Below are positions 13,340-30,449 of a stretch of DNA of 64,000 nucleotides, one piece after another; position 1 is the stretch's first letter; every line of letters begins with the position of its first letter. A program made the position numbers and the translations under genes. Source of the DNA: Selaginella moellendorffii (Eukaryota > Plantae > Lycopodiophyta); NCBI RefSeq assembly GCF_000143415.4, contig NW_003314295.1, positions 1,347,923-1,411,922 of the forward strand. The letters are read 5' to 3'. The notes beneath the pieces are model-generated. The model had not been told where the DNA came from. It saw only the letters and a list, made by a program, of their open reading frames with translations, and searched no databases.

Positions 13340-15715
13340 TTAATCCTTGAGTGACGGTGGAATCCAAATGTAGCCATGAGTTCTCACGTAGCCTTGCTCT
13401 TCCGCGAGCTTGTCGGCCTCGGGCGGTCCCCTGCTTCCCTGCTTGTACGGAATTACCGGGATTTTTCCAGCTTCTATTCTCTCCAGCAATGGCGTGAATA
13501 CCTCCCACGAAAGCTGTCCGTTTGAACGAGTTAGGAAGTAATTCTGTACGGGGATAGTTACGCTTACCTGTAGTTCGTCCCTCCGAACAAAGTGTTGCTG
13601 ATCTCCGCGGATCCTGGAGGTTATAAATAAATACATGAGCGGAAAAGCGAAGACTCTGAAAGTTCTTCTTACGTGTCCAAAATCAAGCGCTCATAGGCTT
13701 CGGGAATAACCACGTCCTGGTAGCGTTGGCGGTAAGAGAGGTCTAGCTCACTTTGCGTTGCGGACATCTCCAGACCTGGCTGCTTCACCTGTGATCGAAA
13801 TTTTGGCAGATTAAGCTAAAGGTGGAGGAGCTAAAAAGGTTGAAACTTACCGTCAGCTTCATATACATGGCTTCTGAAGGTTGCAATCGCATGACAAACT
13901 CGTTTCGTCCCTGTTTTTTGCCTGTATATTTAAACGAAGTATCGTCTTTGAGTGAATAAAAACAGTGTCAGGGATCAGAGCTTACATTTGAAAATATCCC
14001 CCGGGACGTCTTTGAATTGGACACGAATCTCTGCCTTACGAGTATCCAAGGCTTTTCCAGCTTTTAGGATGAAAGGAACACCTTTTCACAAGAAAAGAGT
14101 TAGTACCGACAGAAGATTGCGAGTAAACTGCCATACCATCCCAACGCTCATTGTGGATTCGCAGCACCACCGAGGCGAATGTGGGTGTCAATGACTCATC
14201 GGAAACCGTGGGATCGTCTCTATAGCCTTCGTATTGTCCAATAACAACCTCGCTGTCTTGTATTGGTTGAATGGCTTGCAGAACCTGTGAGCTTTGAGAT
14301 TTATTCTGTGCGGAAATGTGATACAGTACCTTCACTTTCTCGTCGCGAACATGTTCAGGGCTCAAGGATAATGGTTTTTCCATTGCAACCAGACAAAGAA
14401 CCTGCCAAAGCATGTGCATTTAAGTGCCCGAAAGGGATACGCATGTATACCTGCATAAGATGATTTTGAATGATATCCCGAATGATGCTACGAAGAAAAT
14501 GAGAAGTTAACTCCATTTGGAGCGAAAAACTCTCCAGCTTTTACTTACCCATATTCGTCAAAGTAGCCACCGCGACCATCAGTTCCAAAATTCTCCTTGA
14601 ACACAATCTGCATGTATGCTATTTAGAACACTAGCGATGATTTGTCATTGTCACCCATACCTGGACGTTTGCAACATTATCACGATTCCAAAGTGGAACA
14701 AAAAAGCGATTTGCAAACCGCATCACAAGCTGGAGAACACGAGCTTATCAATGCGAATGACAACGACTGCAACCCTACCAAATTTTGGACGATCTCCTTT
14801 CCCAGATAATGGTCAATCCGGTACAGCTGCTCCTCCGAGAACAAACTCCCAAGCTGATCACTCAACTCTTCAGAGCTCTTTAGATCCTTGCCAAAAGGCT
14901 TCTCGATGACAATTCTAGTCCAGCCCCCTGAAATCAGATCATATATAAAGCCGAAAATCATGTGATCACGTACTTTTGTTCATGCAGTTTTTGTGTATCA
15001 TGCCCGCCACGAGGGGATAGACCGATGGAGGCAGCGCAAGATAGAAAAGTCGGCGAGGCGGCTCATCCTTCCCGGCTTCATAATCGGAAATAATCTTGTC
15101 AAGTTTTCTGAAGCTGTCGTCGTCGTCGTAAGCGCCAGAGATATACGTGCTCTAAAGTGATTGAATGATCGAAGTGTCACAATACATAAACGAGAAAAGG
15201 AGAAACATACCAGCTCGAGAAACTTGGTTACAAGATCAGCAGGATACTTTCCAGAGTCCGCCAAATGTCTACACAAGCGCGAAGAAAGCTTTATGAAGAA
15301 CAATACGAAAGCTAAGAAAGAACAATAATATCCTTACCCTCCAATTCGGCGATGGAAGTCTTCTTCGATGAGCTTCGATCTGGCATAGCCAAACAGTTTA
15401 ACTTGGTGCGATGGTAAAAACCCCTGCGGCATTGTCAATGAATCGAAAATCCCCTCATATTTGCTTCGAATCCTCACATACCTGGCAATAGAGATGGAAG
15501 AGCGCTGGGAACGTCTTCTTCTTCGCGAGATCCCCAGAAGCCCCCAAAATTATGATGGACAGGCAGCTCTCCGCCACAATCTTCTTCGATGCGCTCTTGG
15601 CGTGCTCCCCGGACCCCGCCGATTGCTCCTGGACTTGGATCGCTCCATCGCCGGCCGCTCCATCGGCCTTGGGATCGAGCAATTCCGGGATCGGCGCCGT
15701 CAAGGTAGGGCTCAT
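13340..15715 (-). CDS. G6PD: Glucose-6-phosphate 1-dehydrogenase, cytosolic type, multi-exon
   Basis: Motifs present: [47 protein letters not shown], and C-terminal [12 protein letters not shown]...GYIWIPPSL typical of plant cytosolic G6PDH. Confidence 0.95.
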
Positions 15716-16193
15716 GCTTGCCGCCTCGCGCTACGAGAAAGAGAGGAGAATCAAATGTAGAGCGCCAAGGGTTGAGACCGCGAGGAATTCAGCGCTGACA
15801 ACGCCGTGATGCGATGTCTTACCGGATGAATCGAAGAGGGAATTGTGGCGCAACGAGGAGATCGCTGGCTTTGACACGCGCAAACTTTGCCCCTCCTGAA
15901 TGCACACAATATTTGCCTAGACCGAAAATGCCTGGGTTTTAAACGGGATAACCAGAAATGTTATTTTACCGCGGGTTAAAGCACCTACCATTCTTGTACA
16001 CGAAGAACAAGATAAATCTCTCGTCTCTTTCATTACTACCGAGTCTTTTTCTCTTTCTCTTCTTTCGGTGTTGTTTGATCGATCAAAATTTCTGGGCCCA
16101 GCGAGAAGCAGCAGCGTGATCACGATCTTCACGAATTTGAGCTGACGATACCAGAAAGACTCCTGAAATAATCATAATAAAAAATCACCTCTC

Positions 16194-19100
16194 TCACTCG
16201 CTCACACCTTTGTTCTTGGCCGCCGCCGCTGGCTTGCGATGATAGCTCGCCTCCTCGGATGCCGGGGCTTGAGCTAGCCTGGAGCTGGAAACGGTGGAGT
16301 CCGGCCGCCAGTACTGAGCAAATGGATAATTCGCTCCTCCTGCTGCTGCTGCTGCTGCGGTTGATCCTGCTGCTGCTGCTGCCACCGCTGTGGATTTGGC
16401 ACTGCTCGACGGCCTCGCGAGCTGGATACTCGATGAGCTTGACGGCTTCGTTGCTACGTGATGAACTCTGGAAGCTCCAGTGGTTGTAAACACTGCCGTC
16501 GGTGGTGGTTTCTTCAGGTTGGCTGGCTTTATCTGGCTGGGAGACACACTCGTCTTCATCTCCACTGGTCTTATCTCGATCATCCCGTTCGGCTTGGAGA
16601 CTGGCTGCAGCCGGGGCTGCTTGCCCGGCCTCTGGAGCTTGGCGACATCGGTCGGAGGTTGCTGGCGTTTCACTGGAGGGTTGTTTTGGCTCGGCGTTGG
16701 CTTGGGAACTACAGAGATCGCTGCTGCTGCCCAAATTGAAGGTGTCATCTGTGATGCTAGCCTGTGCATGAGTAAAGTTAGAATTTTAGAGCTCACAATT
16801 CTTGTGTAGGTACCTGAAGCGGGTTTCACAGACGAGCGACCGGATACTCGAGCTGGACGGTGGTTCGGCGGTCTTTGGTTCCCCTGGTCTGAGCGTTACG
16901 TTCACAGGCCGGAAGTCCTCCATCTCTTCTGGGTCGGAAAAACTGAGAGACAATTCCAGCGGAGGTTGGCTCTCGACGTCTCCATTGTCGTTGTTGTCGC
17001 TGGCAGTATTGTTCTTCACGGCCTTGCAAGCAGAATTCTCAGGCATCTTTCCATTGTCACTGGCAGTCGTCTGAGATAGAGCCTCCGCTACCAGCGCGTG
17101 CCCCTGCTTGTGAGAAGCCTGCCGCAACGGTGGCTTCAAGCAACCTTGACAGAGATTTGCCAGGGAGACGAACGGAAGGTTTCGGGGATGTCCAACGTTA
17201 CTCACGAAACCGTTCCTCGACTTTGCGGACCCCTTGTAAGAGTCTTTCACACTCTGGACTGTAGCGAAGTGTCTCTGTAGCAACACCTCCTTGTCAGGAA
17301 CTCGCTGTACTAGCTCTAACAAGCGCTTTGTGTCTTCCTGCATCAACCAAAGCAAAACAAGACCAATTTTTCAGCTGCAGAATGAAACGAAAGCGTAACA
17401 CATACCTCTGTCACCTTGATAACAGCCCCAGATAGTAATCTCTCGCTGCTCACCCCCCCGCAAATGGTACCAGCGTTCTCGACTACGAGCTGCCTAAATC
17501 TATCTTTACACTTAACAGGGTGCCTGTGCCGACCTCTATACACTCCGCCGTCTGGCATTCCTTCTAAGGCATCGCTAGCCAGAAGCCAATTTCCACCATA
17601 CTCGTGCACTACAGCGCACAGGACCTCGTCCTCCTCGGGCATCCAGTCTGTGTGATGATCCTTGGCCTTGAGTGCTTCCTTTCTTCGGTCTCTTTCCAGC
17701 AAGATGACTGGGCTCTTCCTTGCGGTCGTGCAAATAGTTAGCTTGCCACCAAACCTAGGCCTGAAGTACTCTGTCCTGCTATCCTCCTTCCTAAACCTTT
17801 TGTTCTCGCCGCCCTCCTCTTCAAAAAACCTCGAAAACTTGCGCTTTCGTTGAAAAGGCGTGCGTAGAGAGTTATCCCACTGCATGTCGTACTCTCCCTC
17901 GTCGGACGCAATGGAGAGTACCTCATCAGCTTCGTCGGCATCAATGTGATCATCTGCTCCCGCGTCTTCCTCGGAACAAAAATTGTACTCCTCTACACTG
18001 CTTCTTTCTAGAGATTTCAGTTTCTTCTTCTTTGGTCTCTTCTGCTGCTTCTCGCCCTCAATCAGCCTGAAAGAAAAGTAAAGACTAGATTCAGATATCA
18101 AAGAATGTAGAATTACCTGTCAGCCTCTTGGAGCTCCTCGTCGTGCATCGCGTCCCATTGTGCTTGTAAGAGTTCCTGTATACCTTGTTAAATAAACATA
18201 CGGAAATGAAAAAATAAAAACGAAACCTGTTGCTGCGTCAAGACTTCTACTTGCTGCCTATAAGCTGCATCGGCATTAGAAGTATCCCAACCTGCCAGAA
18301 CAAAGTTAACACGGCTTATAACTTTGGACGATGCAAATACGTACTCTCGTAAAGAAGTGGTTCATCATCCTCGTCAATATCCGCCTCCTGTTCTTCCTTG
18401 AGTTTCTCTATTTGTTCCAATTCCCACTCCTTTTCCTCGTAGGTTACTTGTGTTTCCAAAGCGCTGGTATCGATGATTGGATTCCAGAGGTCCAAAAACT
18501 GAATCGCGTATCTCTCGATTGGCTTGAGTTGGTCTTCAAAGTTATTGCCCTGACCTGATGCTGCTGCTGCGGCCGCAAGCTGCTTCACATCAGCAAGCAT
18601 GTCCATCTCCTCCTCGGCATCCAGAAGGAGCGGTTGAGGTTCCTTAAGCTCTGGTAACGACGGCGTTCCAGCAGTCTCAAATTCCGGTGACGGAACTTTG
18701 GTCTCGGAAACCTTTCCATCCTCCAAGTCGTCGGCACATTCGTCCTCCTCCACGCTTACATCTTCAGCAAACTCCTGATTCTCCGCGGCCTCTTCCAGCT
18801 CCACCTTTTTCATAGCCATGTAGTCGGCCTCGTCTTCGGCACTTTTGAGTGCCGCATCTACGTCGGCATTAGAAAGCGGCTGGTCGGCACGCTTTGTAGT
18901 GTTCACACCGGACAGGAGTTCCATGGGATCAAGCTTCTTGAAAAACTCAGTGTTGTAGCCACCACTCTGGATGACCAAATTGTCGAGGAAACGCTTCTGA
19001 TTGGCCTTTTTCAAAATGTTCTCCTCGATGGTACTCTCGCTAACCAGCCTGTATATGTGAACTTCACGCGTCTGGCCGATGCGATGACACCTATCCTGAG

Positions 19101-22100
19101 CCTGTTGATCCATCGCAGGATTCCAATCACTGTCATAAAATATGACTGTATCGGCGCCAACCAAGTTGATCCCAACGCCTCCGCTTCTCGTCGACAGGAT
19201 GAACAAGAAGATCTTCGGGTTCGTGTTGAATCGTTGCATGAGAATTTGCCGCTGTTCAGGTTTGGTAGAGCCGTCGAGCCTCATGTAGTTGTAGCCGTAG
19301 AGGTTGATAAAACTCTCCAAGATGTCGAGCATCTTTGTCATTTGCGTGAAGATCAGCGCCCTGTGACCTTCCGATTTCAGCCGCCGCAGTAGAACTGAAA
19401 GCTGCTGGAGCTTCCCACAATCGAACTGGAGGAGCCTCCTATCCGGGAAAAACAGTTGCTGCCGCACAATGACCGGACGTAGCGGTGCCACCAAGTCACT
19501 CATCACCGCAAGTTGATTGCTCGGGAAGTCATGTCTCAAGATTGAGGAGGCAGACTGTCTGCTGCACCAAATAAGCGGCGGAGGAGCCCGAGCTGCTGGT
19601 ATGACGAATACAAAAGCCTGTAGCAGATCCAGGAGACTTTCGCACCATGAAGATGGAAGCTTCACCACCTCGGCTATCGCTGAAGGGAACGTCAAGTAAC
19701 GAGAAGGATCTGACTGTATGGAATGAATACCATAAACAGGGTGCTCCACCTCGACGTGCTTCGCCAGCCCACGACCATATACCACATGCCTGCTGCATCG
19801 CAGCATATTGAGCCACCCAAATTGTCGAGCCTTTTCTCTTCTCCTCTTCAGTCTCTGCGCTGCCAAAGCCGCTTGAATCTCTTCGAAAATGTTCTGCGGT
19901 TCAGTCACCTGTTCCTGTTCGTTCCAGCTATCTTCACCACTGGTGGCAATCTCTTCAATGAGAGGCGTTGGCGTAGCAAGTTCAGCGAGCTCCGATGGTT
20001 CCCAGGCCTCCATGTCTTCCGACAGGAGATAGTTCAACACTTCGAGGTTCACTGTCGAAAAAGGCTTCTGTTGGACGGCCGTGCACAGCTCCGAGCACAT
20101 CTGAAGCTGGAGGCCCGGCATGTCGAACGAAGACACGATTGGTCTGCTCTCAAACAAGTCGGGATGATTGCAGACCTTGCGCAACTGCATCAGGACGTTG
20201 ATGAGTCCTAAGAAGTTGCCGCCCGACAGAGTTGCTTGTGTATCAGAACTGGCCATGAAGTCCTCGTAGAGATTGCGTTGCCGCTTCGAGAGCCTGCATG
20301 GCACTACATGCTCGTGCTTCCCCGGGAGCTGCTTCTCAACGTCGCGCTTCAAGCGCCTCAGGATGAAAGGTCTCAGCACATTATGCAGCCGATCCACCAC
20401 GTCCTGGTTTACTTTGTCCTGGCCTTCCACCATCCCGCTGATAGGATTGCTGAACCAGTCTCGAAACTCTTGATGCGACTGGAAAACGTGTGGCATCAGG
20501 AAGTGCATCAAGGACCACAGCTCCATCAAATCGTTCTGGAGAGGAGTTCCCGTCAGAAGGATCCTTCTCTTGGAGTTGAAGTTCAACAGCATCTGCCAGC
20601 GTTGAGATTTCCAGTTTTTTATAAGGTGCGCTTCGTCGAGAATGAGATACTTCCACTTCTTCCGTTTGAAGGCCTTCGCGTCCTGGATAACCAGCCTGTA
20701 TGTCGTGATGCAGACATGGAAGGAGTTCGCCTTCGACCACCCTTGCCGCTTTATCTTGCGCTCTTTTGCGTTGCCGAAGTACGTTAGGACCTTGAAAGCG
20801 GGACACCACTTCATGAACTCTGTTTCCCAGTTGAGCATCACGCTTGTCGGCACCACTATCAAATGAGGTCCCCAAATGCCTTTCTCACAAGCCAAGTGAG
20901 CTAACAAGGCAATTGTCATGATCGTCTTGCCAAGGCCCATCTCGTCTGCCAGAATTCCGTTCAGCCGCTTCTCGTACATGGTGACCAGCCAGTCCAGTCC
21001 TATGTGCTGATACTCCCGCAAAGAATGCTTCAGCAAGAAGGGAATCTTGGTCCTCACTCTTGTCGTAGAAAATGTGTATCCTGTTGGCTGTGCAGACAGG
21101 GCAGCAGCAGCAGCGTCGTCAAGCTCCTTCCTACCGGTCTTCCCAGATCCCTCCACTCTACTACTATCATCTAAACCAGCTCTTTTTCTCATGCGTTCCC
21201 CTCTTTGTTGAGCAGCTCGGGCTACATTAGCCAGCACTTCCGCCTCCTGCTCCGTGCCATAAAAAATCTTGCTTTCTCCTGTAGCTTTTGATCTACCCGT
21301 ACTCTTGATGATCAATAACGAACTTCGACCGCTAGTACTAGGTTCGCCCATTCTCTCTTTAGCCTCATCGGAGCTATCAGAAGGCGCGTCACTAGCACCG
21401 CCCTTCTCGTCTCCTGAGCTCTCGGCACCCTCCTGCATCAAGGTATATAAGCTACTGTGTGCACTCTAAAGTAGAACTTACCGCACGGTATCGAGACAAA
21501 AGCTCTGAAACGGGCAACTCATTTTCCATCTTCAGTTGCTCAAGCTTCAATACCATGCAACATTCCATTAGTCAGAGCGAAAAAACACTTGAAAAAGTAC
21601 CGTACCTCAAGGTTAACGTCTTTGTTCTCTGCCATCGCTAGTTTTTCCTCTTCGTCGAAAGTCCTTTCGTCGTCCTACAATCAGAAAGTGATTTAAGGAA
21701 GAATAATCTTCCAAAATTTACCTCCTCTGACGCATATGCGGTATGAGGATCGTATTCCTCGTCATCCTGCATAAGAAATTCCAACTTCAATAAGAATGCG
21801 TTCCCTCAAGCCTCTACAGGCTGCCTAAATGATGGGTATCTTACCAATTCTTTATCTGGGTCGGCGTCGGAGGTACTTCTCTCTTCCTCGCTATTGTCAC
21901 CTTTGAAAGACAACCGTTGGTGAAAAACAAGAAAACAGTAACATAGCTGATGACGAAACCTTTTGCATATAGACCAACAAGCTCCTCTATTGGCAGCTCG
22001 CTCTCCCTCTGAAGCGCATTCAGTTCTTCCTTGCGCTCGTCTTCGGTGATCAGCGCTTCGTCGGCTTCGAGAGTGGCCTCGTCATCCTGCTACACCGTTT

Positions 22101-23379
22101 GTGTTAGAAAAATTATAATCGTCAGAACGAACTGCGTTAACCTCTTCTTCCATTTGGTCACATGTGAAATCTTTGTCAGTAGAAGGCTCATTTGCAGCGT
22201 CCAGCAAATCTCCAGTGTCCTGAGTTTTCTGGTCTTCGTTGTTCTCAGGAAGGCCTGACAGGTTAACTGCTAACATAGAAGAGTATCTGAATAAAATGTG
22301 CAATCAGCGAACTTAGAAGCACAAGGGCACGATTGAGCGTACCTTTCCGTTTGCCCAAGTAAGAAATTTAAATGCTTGTCCAGGGCTTTCTTCTTCTTCT
22401 GTTCAACAGCAAGTTGATGCTTGTAGACGACCTGGACGACAATACGTCATAAGAGAGCATTTAGAAAATTATCTTACCAGCTTTTCGATCTTCACCCAGA
22501 ACTTCTTAACTTCTTTCGCTATGCTGCTCGCGATTCTTCGGATACGCTGCTCTTCACCCTACAGTTTCCAGCCTTAAGACAACGGCAGCACAGAGCGCAA
22601 AGCAAACCTTGAGCCGACGCATGCCTTTGCTTTCCTCTTCCGATTTCGCCTTTGCAACTTTCATGGCAACTCTCTTTGCTTGAGCCACCTTCCATTTCCT
22701 CTCCTTATCAAAGTCCTACACTCAAAACATTCGTCTTAATAGCTCTATGGAGAAGACGATGACATACCTTGGAAAGCCAGACCATCTCCTCAAGAACGTA
22801 GTCCCAGTGACTCTTCGCATGCGTGGGCTCTTTCCACTTCGATGGTGCTCTTCGCTTCACTTGCTCGAGAGCCTAAGAATGAAAGAAGAAGAAATCGAGC
22901 AAGTAAGCAATGCACTGGACACTCCATGCAAATACCGATGCATGTACCTCTTGCCTTGTCCAAATCTCCTCAGCTCGGCTTAAAACCGAGTCCTCGTACG
23001 CGAGCTCCTCTTCCTCATTTAAAAACCTCACGGAATCCTTTTGAGGCGTTTCATCCAAGACCTTTGCCTCTGTCGCCACAACGCATAGCTCCTGCGTCTT
23101 CCCAGCGTCCGATTGGAGCGGCTCCAATTTCGACGGAGTGACAGCCCCCTTTCCTGCATTTAGCTTGGATTCCTCGCTCGCGAGACCGAGCTTAGAATCA
23201 CCTGGAGCCTTCTCCTGCCCTACACTGTCCTCGACGAGCCTTTTATCACCTGGGAGCTTCCCATTTGACCTCGCATCGTCGGCCCCTGGACTGGACACCT
23301 CTTCTTTGGCCGATTTGGAGCGATTCCGGCGGCCATAGCACCTTAGCTGTGGCTTGGCAGCCGCGCCTCCAGCTTCCAT
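16194..23379 (-). CDS. PIE1: PIE1/SWR1 SNF2-family chromatin remodeller (HSA, split ATPase, SANT-like)
   Basis: HSA-like exons at ~22.4-22.85 kb, LREYQHIGLDWL..NGILADEMGLGKT, LILDEAH, QFDCGKLQ, DSDWNPAMDQQAQDRCHRIGQ, and SANT-like WMPEEDEVLCAVVHEYGGNW. Splicing at ~16.76-16.81 kb joins RFR|LASQMTP to the frame that stops at 16194. Confidence 0.93.
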
Positions 23380-23795
23380 CTAAGAATGTAAATCCCTACT
23401 CTTGTCAGCTTCATCCAGCCGCCGCCCCTAGCGTCGCGCGCCCTGCCGCCTCCAGAAAGAACATCCACAAACCCCCTCCCGCTATCCCCCGGCTTAGGGC
23501 TTCCCCCAGCGAAGGCACAACAAAGGATGTTTATCAGTTTTAGTTTTTTCCAGCGTTCATGGTTGGGGAAGAAGAAAGACCTTTTCGGACGGCAAATCTG
23601 GCCATGGCCCAATCTACCGAGTACGAAACTGGAACAATCGCGTCCGTTGGCATGCCGACGGTCCAGATCATCTCATTTCTTGCAAGGTTTTAGGTCTAAT
23701 AATGTGAGTATTGATCGATTCGTACTAACGACAAATTCGAAAATGCCACCGGGTATTATGATCATAGCTTAGGGCAGGCAGATTATCAGAGAGCT

Positions 23796-26700
23796 ATGGC
23801 TCTTGGCATTCTCGCGGCGCTGCTGTGCTTGCTCGCCGGCGCTAGGGCATCGCCGATCGACGAGGACGCATGGCGCGAGCTGCGATCGACGATGCCTCCG
23901 GCTCGCGATCAGCTCCGAGCAGCGGCGAGCGTCTTGCGGAGATTAATCCCTGGCCATGTCTCGGCATTCCAGCTCCAGATCATAACACTGGTAAGCAAAC
24001 AAGGGTCTTCTGTCAATGCTGGTAAATCAAATTGATTGATTGATTCCAGGAAGATTGCGGTGGTAAATCCTGCTTCCAATTGAGCTCTTTAATGGATGAA
24101 GGTTCGAGAAAAATAAGGTACGCTTCTGAATCAATCGAATTTTTCCCCTAGCTGAGTCCCATTTACATAGTATCCATGGAACGTCAGGGGTTGAGCTTTG
24201 TGCTGGCTTGTATTGGTATTTAAAAAACTGGTGTGGAGCTCATATTTCCTGGGACTTAACTGGGGGCTCTCAGTTAGATACCATTCCAGAGCCTCAAGCA
24301 CTGCCTGCCTTGCCTCCTGGTGGTGTCAAAATCCAGCGTTCAGTACCTTGGAGTTACTACCAAAATGTGGTGACCTCTAGCTGTATGTGCTTGTAAAGCT
24401 ATGGTTTTACGTGAACTTAACCGATTCTTCATGGTTTTTTGTGTAGATTCGTATGCATGGTGGAACTGGAAAAGGTGGAGGAAAGAGATAGACTGGATGG
24501 CCTTGCAGGGAATCAACTTACCTCTTGCATTCACCGGCCAGGAAACTATATGGCAAAAAGTTTTCGAGGTTTGGCAGTGTATGGGAGTTCTGTGTGTGCT
24601 TATATTTTCGTTGCTGACAGAGTAAATTTAACATGACAAAACACGAGCTTGACGACTACTTTGGAGGACCATCCTTCCTTGCGTGGGCACGTATGGGAAA
24701 TTTGCACGGGTAAGGAGAACGACGTTTAGCTAACCATCTGTCAACTCTAAATTCTTGTGTAGTTGGGGAGGGCCTCTGCCAGAGAAGTGGCTGGAACTGC
24801 AACTAATCTTGCAAAAGAAAATTCTACATCATATGCGCAGCCTTGGCATGATTGCTGGTAATCTTGTACAAAATTGATCGTTTCTTCACAGACGATGAAT
24901 TTGTGCAGTGCTACCGGCGTTTTCTGGCAATGTTCCTCGAGCATTGAAAATTCTATATCCGTCTGCCAATATCACACGTTTGCCAGATTGGTAAGGCCTT
25001 CGGTTTTCTTTACTTCATTTCTGTGTTTTAGGAACACTGTAGATGGAAATCCGCAATGGTGTTGTACATACCTTCTTCAACCCATGGACCCGTTGTTTAT
25101 CCAGATTGGGAAAGCATTTATCGAACAGCAAGTAAAAGGTTTTAGTTATCAGTGCTGTTTCTGGATTCAAGTGACCGTGATACTTGTTGCTGCAGAATAC
25201 GGATCTACACAACACGTTTACAACTGGTTAGAATGATGTCTCTGACTCTATTCAATTCTTGTTTCCTTTAACAGCGACACATTCAATGAGAATCTTCCTC
25301 CAACCGATGATCCAAGCTACATATCTGCACTTGCAGCGTCTGTTTATGGAGCCATGATTGTGGCTGACAAGCAAGCTATCTGGCTTATGCAGGTAACGTA
25401 CTATGTTGTTGAGGCTCTCGGGTACTATCATACCTGTTACAGGGCTGGCTTTTCTCATCGGATGCTCAGTTTTGGAAGCCTCCTCAAATGAAGGTATCCT
25501 CTCGTGCATACTGGGCCGCATTCTTATCAATCTGATTTGGTCGCTAGGCTCTTTTGCACGCGGTACCATTTGGAAAAATGATAGTTCTCGATCTCTTTGC
25601 AGAAGTGAGGCCTATATGGTCGAAGTCATCTCATTTTTATGGTGTTCCCTACATCTGGTAAGTTTCTGAATTTCTCTCTCTGTTTGGTGCGGTATAAGCG
25701 ACTTCTCTGCTCCAGGTGTATGTTGCATAATTTTGGTGGAAATCACGAAATGTATGGGAGGCTTGATGTAGTCTCTTCAGGTCCAGTTGATGCTAAAACT
25801 AGTGCAAACTCTACTATGGTATCGATACGTTTTTCTATTTCCGAAAGCAATTAGCAAGGGGGTTGTTTCTAGATTGGCGTTGGAATGTGCATGGAAGGCA
25901 TCGAACAAAACCCAGTCGTCTACGAACTTATGGCTGAAATGGCATTCCGCTCAACTAGAAACGCTCTGAAGGTAATTTTAACAGTTTGATGCCGTTGCAT
26001 GACTAACCAACTTTGGAGTGCTGGTAGGATTGGGTGGACGATTATTCTACAAGGCGCTATGGTAAAGCCGTCCCAGAAGCATTGGAAGCGTGGCAAATTT
26101 TATCACATACGTTATACAATTGCTCCGACGGCTTACAGGACCACAACACAGATGTAATTGTGAAATTCCCAGATTTAAACGCTTCTTCACTGACCACATT
26201 ATCGAGATACTTGGCAGAAGAAGGTGGCACCCAGACTCGACGACTTTTAACCGAAGGGCTGACCTCGTTTGGTCACTTATGGTATCGTCCTACTGAAGCA
26301 AAGGTGGCTCTATCTTACATGCTGAATGCATCTTCTAGTCTCAGCAACGTCGCGACTTACAGGTCTCTCGAGTTTTTCTTTGTTTTACTTTTCTGTTTTT
26401 GTTTGTTGAAAATTCGCTTATCAAAACTTTTCAGGTACGATCTGGTGGATCTTACTCGACAGGTTCTGATGAAGCTTGCCAACCAGATCCACCTGCAAGC
26501 ACTGGTTTCATTTGTCAAAGGCGATCTGGAAGAACTTACAAAGAATTGCGACATCCTGATCGGAATTATCAAGGACTCGGAGCTACTGTTACGCTCGAAC
26601 AACGGGTTTCTCTTGGGTCCATGGCTGGAGAGTGCCAAAAAACTGGGAACAAACTCCGACGAGACAAATTTGGTAAGCTTGTCGCCGTTTTAAATCATTC

Positions 26701-27113
26701 CTAAACTTCCTTTTTCCAGTATGAATGGAATGCCAGGACGCAAGTTACTATGTGGTTTGACAATACGAGAACCTTGCCGAGTGCTCTCCATGATTATGGT
26801 ATGTTTCCAGTGCTCGTCTTTACATTTGTTTTCGCCTGATAGTCTCTTCCTCTGTGCTGTGGCAGCGAATAAAATGTGGAGTGGCCTCTTCGAGGACTAC
26901 TATCTTCCACGCGCGTCGCTGTACACGAAGCTCCTAGTAAAGGCCCTCCACGACAAGGAGCCATTCCCATACGACTCTTGGCGATCTTCATGGATTCTGC
27001 TGACCAACACTTTCCAGAACGGCACGAAAAACTATCCACTGGAGGCGGCCGGTGACTCCATCGAAATCGCGAAGTCACTGTTCAGCAAATACGACTCTCT
27101 CGTCCACGACTAG
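23796..27113 (+). CDS. NAGLU: Alpha-N-acetylglucosaminidase (GH89, NAGLU/CYL1-like), secreted, multi-exon
   Basis: Signal peptide [18 protein letters not shown] followed by YYQNVVTSS|[43 protein letters not shown] and [17 protein letters not shown]. Confidence 0.95.
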
Positions 27114-28074
27114 CCGGGAAGACGTACGCAAAAATAAAAAATAAAAAATGGAGGCTAGACTTTTTTAACTGGACATTTTTTCTTCGCAGCATCTTCTCGG
27201 AGAGAGGTTGATCCATCTGGGGAAGGATTGATTAAGTTCATCCATACTATACTAAGCTCGCAAGGAAAAGAAATCTTAGCCGCGATCTATCAAACTGGGA
27301 GATCGATCCACTCCACGCCATTAAGATATTTTCTCATTCATGTAAGATAAAGATGAGATAAATCACGGGGGGGGAGAAAAATTCCACCCATCTCTACCCG
27401 TCAAACCCGTCAACAACTCTAGGCATTCCCAAGTATTCCAATGGCCGCCCGACCGCAGTAAAAGCCCGCTATAGAGCGGGCGGGCGGCAAATGTAGGCGG
27501 TAAAACCACGCGGCACTATCTCGCACGTCGGATCCCCGACACCAACGGTGAGTGGATATAACCATGCTCTTTTTACCGGGTGGCCAAATGGGACTTTCAG
27601 TTGGCCTTGTGTGTGTATAGTGTGGCCCGTGTATTCTTTTTTGCCTCTTTTTTTTCTCCGCCCCACCATTCCTTCTCTGTCTGGTTGCTGTTTGTTGTGT
27701 CTGGAGAGTATGCTCTCTTCTCTATTGGCAGGCTTAACGGAGTTCTTTCGTTAATAGCCCATTCTCCCTCTCTCTCCTCTCTTTCTTTTTTCTCTCTCGA
27801 TCGATACCATCGCCCTGTCGCCCTAGGTACCGCATTGGAGGCGCCGCTCGCTCGATCTCTCTTTCTCTTCCTCCTCGACCGCAGGGCGCCGTGCCGCTAT
27901 GATCTGGGCGTGATCCCACGCCGTGCCGTGCCGCTGCATGCAAATCGCAATGCGATCTTGATCCCTATTTCCCGGTCGCATCGGTAGATCCAGTCTCACT
28001 TCAGGAGGAGTAGCGGCAGGGCGCGCAGGGATTGGTCTTGATCCCGGGCGGGGGAGGGGCAGGGATCATCACTT

Positions 28075-30449
<2,375 letters not shown>

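Noticed and set aside
16129-16734. Alternative 201-aa ORF at the PIE1 3' end
   Set aside because: Splice phase from the previous exon (RFR|LASQ) selects the frame ending at 16194.
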